From assembly GCA_051439605.1 (NCBI GenBank), contig JBFRWN010000041.1, positions 1-13,440 of the forward strand: 13,440 bases of DNA, given 5' to 3'. The DNA is from Synechococcus sp. (GTDB lineage Bacteria; Cyanobacteriota; Cyanobacteriia; Thermostichales; PCC-7336). The position numbers and the translations under genes are program-made. Of the stretch, positions 7,680-13,440 are shown one piece after another. Position 1 is the first letter of the stretch, and each line of letters starts with the position of its first letter. A model generated the notes under the pieces. The model was not told the origin of the DNA, made no database searches, and was given only the letters and a program-made list of their open reading frames with translations.

Positions 7680-7835
7680 CCAATATTCGGCTTGGTTCAC
7701 CTGAGGGTGGCACGAGATTGGAAACGATCGTTCGCGGTGCATCGCAAACTGCCACAGCTAGCAAACGACCTCGAGCGACTGAAGAAGCGTCTGGCGGAGA
7801 TCGAGGATAAACTCACCAAATCAAGGTGTCTTTAG
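7680..7835 (+). pseudogene. Possible 3' remnant of lpxD (C-terminal helical extension)
   Basis: RLGSPE in one frame, then after a 1-nt shift near 7706 VARDWKRSFAVHRKLPQLANDLERLKKRLAEIEDKL. This resembles the LpxD tail (GSP...W.RS.A...LP.L...L..LE). No hexapeptide repeats upstream. Confidence 0.45.
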
Positions 7836-7870
7836 AACAGGATTTGGGTTGGCAGTGGGGGTTTTTAGAT

Positions 7871-9244
7871 ATGCACGATAGGAGAATGCGCCATAGGAGA
7901 GTGCATGGTGCAAGAAGCCGTACCGGGCGCATACGCCGCAGGAAAGCGTCCAATCGGGTCAAAAGGCGATGGTGGTTCGCAGCAATTTTGGGAGCCTGTA
8001 TGGGGGGGATTGCGTTAGTTTCTGGAGGGCCTTCCAATACCTCGGCGGATCCCTCACTAGAGAAGAGGACGTTCGACGCGAGGCCAGTAGCCCCAACCAT
8101 ATTGCCAGCAGCACTACCACCCGCAAAGCCTGCCATCTCACCCGCCTATCAGACCAGCGTCAATCAATTTTTAGATCGCCTGCAATCCCGAGGATTTGCC
8201 AAACAGGCTCAAGGATTGATTCTTGTCTCCCCTGACGGTAGGCAATTAGCGAATCATCAACCCTCTGTTGGATTGCCAGCTGCATCGATTACCAAGCTAG
8301 CGACTACTCTGGCAGCTTTGAAAATTTGGGGCCCCCAGCACCGCTTTACCACCCAGGTCTATACGGTAGGGGAGGTGCGCGATGGGGTCTTGTACGGAGA
8401 TTTAGTGGTGATGGGGGGGGGCGATCCGGATTTTACCTGGGAAGATAGCTTCGCCATTGCTTCCGAGATTGGCGGCCTTGGCATTCGCCACGTGACTGGG
8501 GATCTGAAAGTTGTCGGTCCCTTTTACATGAACTACTACAGCAATCCGTCCACCTGTATCCAACTCCTGCGCTGGGGCATGCATCAATCGTTGTGGCCTC
8601 AGGAAGCTCGCCATCAGTTTGTTAAATGGGCGATCGCCCACCCCCTAGCCCAGAAGCCCAACCTCAGTTTTTCCGGATCGATGGTTCGGACTGAGTTGGT
8701 CCCGGAGAATGCAGAATTAGTTGTGGAGCATCAATCACTCCCCCTGACGACCATTCTCAAGAAGCTCAATACCTATAGCAATAATGCAATGGCCGATATG
8801 CTGGCCAGTCAGATGGGGGGGCTGACTGTTCTTGAGTCCACGGTTGCCCCGTTTGTCTCCAGCGGAGAAATGCAGGTGGTCAGCGCCTCGGGGTTGGGGC
8901 GCGGCAATCAGTTTTCTCCGAGGGCGGTGGTGGAGATTTTGGATGCATTGACAGCTGAAGCAGACAATGTCGGACTAAAGCTAGAGGATTGGCTGCCGGT
9001 TGTGGGACAGGACCGCGGCGGCACGTTACGACGGCGTACTGCCCCTGCAGGAACCGCGGCGAAGAGTGGGACTTTGAACAGTGTGGCCACACTGGCGGGC
9101 ATTTTGCCGGATCGAACTTATTTTGTTCTGCTCAACCAAGGGTGGGATTTAGCAACGATTCGTGCCCAACAAGACCAGCTGTTGCGGGAAGTGTTACAGG
9201 TGTCTGTAGATTCTGATTCTCCCCAATTTGATGCAAGCAATTAA
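7871..9244 (+). CDS. dacB: D-alanyl-D-alanine carboxypeptidase/endopeptidase, peptidase S13 (PBP4 class)
   Basis: PAASITK (SxxK), GGGDP, YSNN (SxN), SGL.R.N, AKSGTL (K-S/T-G). Arg-rich N-terminus followed by a hydrophobic anchor. Start uncertain (7826/7871/7886/7901). Confidence 0.88.
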   Translation: MHDRRMRHRRVHGARSRTGRIRRRKASNRVKRRWWFAAILGACMGGIALVSGGPSNTSADPSLEKRTFDARPVAPTILPAALPPAKPAISPAYQTSVNQFLDRLQSRGFAKQAQGLILVSPDGRQLANHQPSVGLPAASITKLATTLAALKIWGPQHRFTTQVYTVGEVRDGVLYGDLVVMGGGDPDFTWEDSFAIASEIGGLGIRHVTGDLKVVGPFYMNYYSNPSTCIQLLRWGMHQSLWPQEARHQFVKWAIAHPLAQKPNLSFSGSMVRTELVPENAELVVEHQSLPLTTILKKLNTYSNNAMADMLASQMGGLTVLESTVAPFVSSGEMQVVSASGLGRGNQFSPRAVVEILDALTAEADNVGLKLEDWLPVVGQDRGGTLRRRTAPAGTAAKSGTLNSVATLAGILPDRTYFVLLNQGWDLATIRAQQDQLLREVLQVSVDSDSPQFDASN

Positions 9245-9476
9245 GCAAATAGTCGATCGCATTCTCGTGGCTGCCATTTTTGCCGCCTTGGGGGCGTTTG
9301 CATGGTTTGCCGTGGCTGTTGCAGGGGCTTCTGCAGGGATTCCCCTTGGTTTCGATCTGTGGATGCAATTGTGGCAACCCTTGTTTCAGCCCACATTGGG
9401 CATGGTGATGGCGGGAGCCTTAGTGAGTGGTATTTGGGGATGGATTCGCCGGCAACGAGAGAGGTTTGCGAAGTAA
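9231..9476 (+). CDS. Small two-helix membrane protein, of a type I recall as a conserved cyanobacterial hypothetical
   Basis: MQAIKQIVDRILVAAIFAALGAFAWFAVAVAG...PLGFDLWMQLWQPLFQPTLGMVMAGALVSGIWGW. Two hydrophobic segments; overlaps the dacB end by 14 nt. Confidence 0.75.
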   Translation: MQAIKQIVDRILVAAIFAALGAFAWFAVAVAGASAGIPLGFDLWMQLWQPLFQPTLGMVMAGALVSGIWGWIRRQRERFAK

Positions 9477-9645
9477 ATCGCCTGCACTAAAAATCAGTTT
9501 CTTATCTTCTTTGAATTGCAATGGCATGTGTTCGCTGGCTGGGCTGTCTGCTCGCCATCCTATCTTTGGGTTTTAGAGCTGACATGTAAACAGAATCTTA
9601 AGCTGCCATCCTACGGGTCATGAGGCGAATTAGAGACCCAAAAAT

Positions 9646-9757
9646 CTCCGCTGCCGAAGATGGCTGGCTTTGCCTCTGGCATAAAGCGAGTCGCCTCACC
9701 CAAGTCCTTGAAGGTGCAGGCGCCGGATTCTCTTACCTCGTTTGGAACCCTTCAGGA
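9646..9757 (+). pseudogene. Fragment of a second WD40 gene copy (direct repeat copy 2)
   Basis: Reads SAAEDGWLCLWHKASRLTQVLEGAGAGFSYLVWNPSG versus SAAEDGWLCLWHQQASRLTQVLEGAAAGFSCLAWTPSG in the intact gene. Similarity stops abruptly on both sides. Confidence 0.85.
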
Positions 9758-9954
9758 AATTCCTTTAACCAAAAGACAGCTACCTAGTTGTTGTCTTCTC
9801 TATTCTTTAAGCTATGGCGGTTTCCAGGTAGACGGTATACAGAATACTACTCAAACCAAGAGCCCCTAAGCTTCTGCAGATTGAGATGTTCGCCACCAGA
9901 CTGGTAACCGCTCTATGTCAGCTCATTAACCAATACAGTCAGGGATGTACCGTT

Positions 9955-10098
9955 ATGAATTTATTGTCTCAATCAAAGCCTAAGGACAACCTCGTCGCTA
10001 GGCAACGGCTCAAGACTTGGGTCTATAACCGCCTGCAACTCGACCCAGATGTTTCTATCCCTGTTAAGTCACCTCCGGCAGAGCCGGAGGCTTCGTAG
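9955..10098 (+). pseudogene. Small gene truncated by the IS end (native part about 9955-10062)
   Basis: AGGGA upstream of ATG 9955. MNLLSQSKPKDNLVARQRLKTWVYNRLQLDPDVSIP then reads into the IS hairpin. Resembles the N-terminus of a small protein family I recall continuing with a C.EPGCPP motif, which is absent here. Confidence 0.5.
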
Positions 10099-10320
10099 GT
10101 TTAGCCCCCAAGGGGCAGTCCTCTCCTAGATTGTCGGCAATCTTAATTGCTCCAACCGTTCTTCCTCTTTTTCCTGGCGGCGAATATACGCTCTGACCGC
10201 TTCCTCATCCAATCCCACCGTCGACACGTAATAGCCACGCGCCCAGAAGCTTTCGCCGCTAAAGTTTCGACGACGGCCCATGAACCCCTTGGCTATTCCA
10301 ATCGCGCTTTTGCCCTTCAT
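10063..10320 (-). mobile_element. IS200/IS605-family element remnant (right end plus 3' half of tnpA)
   Basis: Subterminal hairpin CCTCCGGC-AGA-GCCGGAGG (10072-10090) and second hairpin GCCCC-CAA-GGGGC (10104-10116) just after the tnpA stop. No left end found. Boundaries approximate. Confidence 0.85.
10126..10320 (-). pseudogene. tnpA: Y1 (HUH) transposase TnpA, C-terminal half only
   Basis: KGKSAI...FWARGYYVSTVG.DE...YIRRQE carries the catalytic Tyr/Gln motif. The N-terminal HUH half is missing; feoB-like gene ends 60 nt away. Confidence 0.88.
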
Positions 10321-10380
10321 GGAATGTGCAACGCCAAAATGAGAATCATATTCATCGCATATTTTGGCAATCTAGAGATG

Positions 10381-12018
10381 TTATGACCAGTTGCCTCCCC
10401 AGGCCAGAAGCATCGAAAAAACCATCGCGGCGAGCGCCTGCCGAGCTATCAGGCCCACCGCAAACCGCACCGACTGTTCGCGGGCGATGGTCAGTACCGT
10501 CACCAGGCAGGGCAGCAACACCCCAGCCAGATAAACTCCGGTTAAAATTTGCAGCGGCGTCAGCACAGCCAGGGTTGCCGGTTCGGCGAAGAGCAGCAGT
10601 CCATCTTTGCGAATTGAGGCCAAAATAACGGGTAGAGCTGCTTCTGGAGGCAGGCCAAACAACCCCATCAGGGGATTAATCCATCCCCCCAGAGCGGTGA
10701 TAAAGCCAAACCAGTCCAACACTGAGGCGACGATCGAGATCGCTAAAAAGATGGGAATCGCATTGGCAAAAAACTGGCTGAGGGTACCTCGGGTTTCTCG
10801 CCAAATAGCTGACCAGCGGGGCACTTCCAAAAATGTGCGCCGTTCAATCATCAGGGTATTGTGCGGAGAACGGGCTGCTTTAGGCGCAATCAAACGGGTG
10901 TAGATCAGGGTGGTCAGGGTTAAATAGCTCAGGTAGGGTACGACTAAGCCAGGCAAATTGGCGGCGCTGAAAACCCCCAGGGTGGCACCGAACTGGTAGG
11001 AACAGGCGGATCCAAAGGCGATCGCACTCACACAGGTCTGCCGGGAACAACTGGAACAAGCCCGAGTAGCGATCGCGGCGGGCACATTGCAGCCAAACCC
11101 CATAATTATCCGCACCAAGTCTCGCCCGGACAGGCCAAAAGGTCTCAGGAGTGGATGTAGCGCTACGGTAATGCGTTCCACCAACCCACTTGCTTTGTAA
11201 GTGCCTAAAAACAGGGCATACAGAATCACCGTAGGGACGGCCCAGACAAATAACAGCGGACCCATCGTGACTAAGCCATAGCGGCCAATCAAAATCGCCT
11301 CTAGCAGCGATGGGGCCCGAGATAGGACATTGACCAGAGGGGCTAATCCGGTTTGTATCAGCGGATCGAGCATGCCCGCGACTCCATTGGCGACCCAAAC
11401 GGCAATGACCGCAGGCAACAGCAACAAAAGGATGGCCATCAACCAACCCCAGCGGGGATGCTCCAACCAAGTGGGCGCGGGCTCGATCCGCCAGCCTGCC
11501 GGAATCGGGTGCCATTGCTGAGGAAAGGGGGCTGGAGTCTGCAACCCCTCTAAAATCTGCTGGCGTTGTTCCTGGCTTAAATGACGGGCATCCACGGGAA
11601 TAAACCTCACCTGGAAGGTTTGCTCCCAGCGACCCACGACCTGCTGGGTGAAGTCAGACGGCAACACTTTATCCCAGAAGGTGACGACCACCAGCCCTTG
11701 TTTCCCGGCCACTAACGGTAGCAAATCCGCCAGTTCATCGTCTATGTGGGTCGCTTTAATGACTAACAAAATCCTGTCATGGGCCTGGAGTTGCGCTAGA
11801 GCAGTTCGGGTGGTGGTGGTGTCGGAGCGAAAGAGAATGCCTGGGGTGTCGATCAAGGCATCGTCTCTGGTCTGATAGGTCTCGCAGGCGATCGTCGAGC
11901 CCTGAATGTTAGTGCCGACAGGTGATCGCCCCGTGAGTGCTGCTGCTAGTTCAGATTTACCGGTGCTTTCTTTGCCAACAATTACGGTGGTGCGTCGGGC
12001 AGGCGGGGCAGTGGGCAT
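10381..12018 (-). CDS. Compact FeoB-like protein: N-terminal small GTPase domain plus Gate (nucleoside-recognition) membrane domain
   Basis: G1 GKESTGKS, G2 region NIQGST, G3 DTPG, atypical G4 TFWD. FeoB-like SG...R...G.SG....MGFGCNVPA, SACS, FLE.P and LLPC motifs. 545 aa from ATG 12018; the ORF is open to 12108 but that extension runs through low-complexity repeats. Confidence 0.85.
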   Translation of the reverse strand: MPTAPPARRTTVIVGKESTGKSELAAALTGRSPVGTNIQGSTIACETYQTRDDALIDTPGILFRSDTTTTRTALAQLQAHDRILLVIKATHIDDELADLLPLVAGKQGLVVVTFWDKVLPSDFTQQVVGRWEQTFQVRFIPVDARHLSQEQRQQILEGLQTPAPFPQQWHPIPAGWRIEPAPTWLEHPRWGWLMAILLLLLPAVIAVWVANGVAGMLDPLIQTGLAPLVNVLSRAPSLLEAILIGRYGLVTMGPLLFVWAVPTVILYALFLGTYKASGLVERITVALHPLLRPFGLSGRDLVRIIMGFGCNVPAAIATRACSSCSRQTCVSAIAFGSACSYQFGATLGVFSAANLPGLVVPYLSYLTLTTLIYTRLIAPKAARSPHNTLMIERRTFLEVPRWSAIWRETRGTLSQFFANAIPIFLAISIVASVLDWFGFITALGGWINPLMGLFGLPPEAALPVILASIRKDGLLLFAEPATLAVLTPLQILTGVYLAGVLLPCLVTVLTIAREQSVRFAVGLIARQALAAMVFSMLLAWGGNWS

Positions 12019-12094
12019 GGGGAGGGGAATGGGTGGATAGGCGGGGAGTGAAAAGGTGCAAGTTCTTAGTTTTGAGTTGGCGGCTGAGTAGAAG

Positions 12095-12120
12095 AATTCA
12101 AAATTCAAAATTCAAAATTC
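12095..12120. repeat. Heptamer tandem repeat (AATTCAA)x3.7, cyanobacterial STRR-like
   Basis: AATTCAA AATTCAA AATTCAA AATTC directly after the oxidoreductase stop. A degenerate AGTTCTT-AGTTTTG-AGTTGGC set lies at 12061-12081. Confidence 0.8.
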
Positions 12121-12129
12121 TGAACCTTG

Positions 12130-13254
12130 CTAACAAATGCAGTCGTTACTGCAGCAGGAGAGGTCATCGAGGAAGAGTCCGGCCTGTCGGTAGGCATCAA
12201 GGGGGCTGGGGTCGAGGCCGAGGCGATGGGCGATCGTATTGGCAATTACGGCAAAGCGCTGGCGGAATTTGTAGATGAAGCAGAAAATCAGGTCGCCATG
12301 CCGGACAGAGGGACCACTCACAAAGAGACCTGGAGTGAAGGTGGATTCGTCGTCTGGCGTGAGTGCAGCATAGCCTTCGGACCAATCGAATAGGTGAGCA
12401 ATCTGTTTCAAACTGGTGTCGAAACCGGTGCAGAGAATGGGGGGATGGGCTGTCGTCCACTTCTGATATTCGCTGTAGATTGCGTAGCCACCAGGAATCG
12501 GTTTGACTTCCTCAATGGGGGCGTTACTCACCATGTCTAGGCGACCGGTGCGATAGACAAATCCCAGACGCTGCATGGTGTAGGGTGACAGGGATACGCT
12601 GGGATCGGTGTCAGGCTCTGTCCAGACTCCCGTGCGATCGAGCACACCGACTTTCTTTCCCAGTGCCACTAAATTGGCAGCGGCATCCATGCCACTTTCG
12701 TAGCCGCCAATGATGATGAATTCGTCGCCCTCTAAATCCGCCCACGACCGAATCCGGCTGTTGTGGATACAGTGCTCTGCCCCCGGAAAGGGATTGAGAT
12801 GGGGATATTGATACTCCCCGGCGGCCCAAATGACAAATTGTGTGCGGATGTCTCCAGCGGCAGTATGTAGTTGAAAGCCCCCCTGGGACAACGGCTCGAC
12901 GCCCTTTACGTCAACCTCAGTCCGAATCGGTAACTCAAAGTGATCGGCAACGGTTTGCAGATACAGGGCGTATTGCTTGCCGCTGATATGCTCTTCCCGA
13001 AAAGCGATCGCAGGCGAAGTCTTCAAAGTCACTGCATTCAGGTCGAGCAGTCCAAAACCATGGCTTGGAAATGACGGGGTGATGAAGTTCATCTCTTCAG
13101 GCCAGCGACTAAAGGAAGCTCCAACCTGGTGTCTTTCTAAAATTGTGAAGCGTTCTAGACCCAGTTCTTGGAGCACGACGCCACAGCCAATGCCTGCAGC
13201 GCCGGCACCAACAATCACAACGTCATAGGACCGATTCGTTTGGGGTTGGCTCAC
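12130..13254 (-). CDS. FAD/NAD(P)-dependent oxidoreductase (pyridine nucleotide-disulfide / flavoprotein monooxygenase-like) with Cys-rich C-terminus
   Basis: DVVIVGAGAAGIG (FAD Rossmann), WAAGEY, IIGGYESG (NAD(P)H), LCTGF, FCFIYKFRQRF, tail DDLSCCSNDCIC*. GTG start at 13254. Confidence 0.9.
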   Translation of the reverse strand: MSQPQTNRSYDVVIVGAGAAGIGCGVVLQELGLERFTILERHQVGASFSRWPEEMNFITPSFPSHGFGLLDLNAVTLKTSPAIAFREEHISGKQYALYLQTVADHFELPIRTEVDVKGVEPLSQGGFQLHTAAGDIRTQFVIWAAGEYQYPHLNPFPGAEHCIHNSRIRSWADLEGDEFIIIGGYESGMDAAANLVALGKKVGVLDRTGVWTEPDTDPSVSLSPYTMQRLGFVYRTGRLDMVSNAPIEEVKPIPGGYAIYSEYQKWTTAHPPILCTGFDTSLKQIAHLFDWSEGYAALTPDDESTFTPGLFVSGPSVRHGDLIFCFIYKFRQRFAVIANTIAHRLGLDPSPLDAYRQAGLFLDDLSCCSNDCIC

Positions 13255-13280
13255 GCTGAATGATTCGAAATTATTGAGCT

Positions 13281-13305
13281 AATGAGAATGATAATCATTC
13301 TCATT
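13281..13305. promoter_or_regulatory. Perfect 12-1-12 palindrome, cyanobacterial Zur-type operator upstream of the oxidoreductase/feoB-like unit
   Basis: AATGAGAATGAT-A-ATCATTCTCATT contains overlapping TGAGAATGATAATCA and TGATAATCATTCTCA; 26 nt upstream of the GTG start. Confidence 0.85.
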
Positions 13306-13389
13306 TTATTTGTCCAGCATGTAATTCAGAAGGTACAAGGTGCAGTTGCTGGCTCCTGGCTTGTCTGCTTTTCCAGTCATTTCTGCGCC

Positions 13390-13440
13390 TTATCCCATCA
13401 ACGCCGCCGTTGTCAGGCCGAGACCGATGCAGACTGTGGC
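13390..13440 (-). CDS. Possible 3' end of a membrane protein gene entering from outside the window
   Basis: ...ATVCIGLGLTTAALMG* is a hydrophobic C-terminal stretch, too short to assign. Confidence 0.3.
   Translation of the reverse strand, partial: ATVCIGLGLTTAALMG

Noticed and set aside
7878..7904. ATAGGAGAATGC / ATAGGAGAGTGC short direct repeat with SD-like AGGAG
   Set aside because: Only two copies, inside Arg-rich coding sequence; each AGGAG is 1 nt from the next start codon, so it does not fix the dacB start.
9660..9869. 69-aa ORF similar to the alternate-frame ORF at 4019-4348
   Set aside because: Both are off-frame readings of the WD40 repeat.
10072..10116. GC-rich hairpins as Rho-independent terminators or CRISPR repeats
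   Set aside because: No U-tract and no repeat-spacer periodicity; position and form match an IS200/IS605 right end.
10880..11515. 211-aa alternate-frame ORF and the other short overlapping ORFs in the track
   Set aside because: They lie inside or antisense to well-supported genes and show no recognisable motifs.
10381..12108. Assigning the symbol feoB
   Set aside because: Shorter than canonical FeoB, atypical G4, no feoA in the window and Zur-type context; the substrate is not established.
13306..13380. 24-aa minus-strand ORF MTGKADKPGASNCTLYLLNYMLDK upstream of the Zur palindrome
   Set aside because: Too short, with no recognisable motif or convincing RBS; cannot be told from chance.

Overview
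A mosaic metal-homeostasis island, mostly of cyanobacterial character. I counted at least 8 exact HIP1 GCGATCGC sites between 1606 and 13011, and there are cyanobacterial-type Zur boxes and heptamer repeats. From left to right: (1) the 5' end of a proteobacterial-looking, translationally coupled minus-strand operon of zur, a 44-aa membrane peptide and a metal ABC ATPase, with its own proteobacterial-type Zur box; (2) a decayed 3' remnant of thrS and an alpha/beta-hydrolase-fold gene; (3) a Zur-boxed COG0523/CobW GTPase and WD40 gene pair; (4) a divergent coaR/coaT (corR/corT) cobalt sensing/efflux unit with its MerR-type operator; (5) a possible lpxD tail, dacB and a small membrane protein; (6) a ~93% identical partial copy of a 3' segment of the WD40 gene, a small gene cut by an IS200-family remnant; (7) a minus-strand unit under a perfect 12-1-12 Zur-type palindrome, encoding an FAD oxidoreductase with a Cys-rich tail and a compact FeoB-like GTPase/Gate-domain permease with no feoA in the window. 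Unit 7 is the best candidate for a poorly described zinc-starvation metal acquisition system. All calls come from reading motifs by eye; no database search was run.
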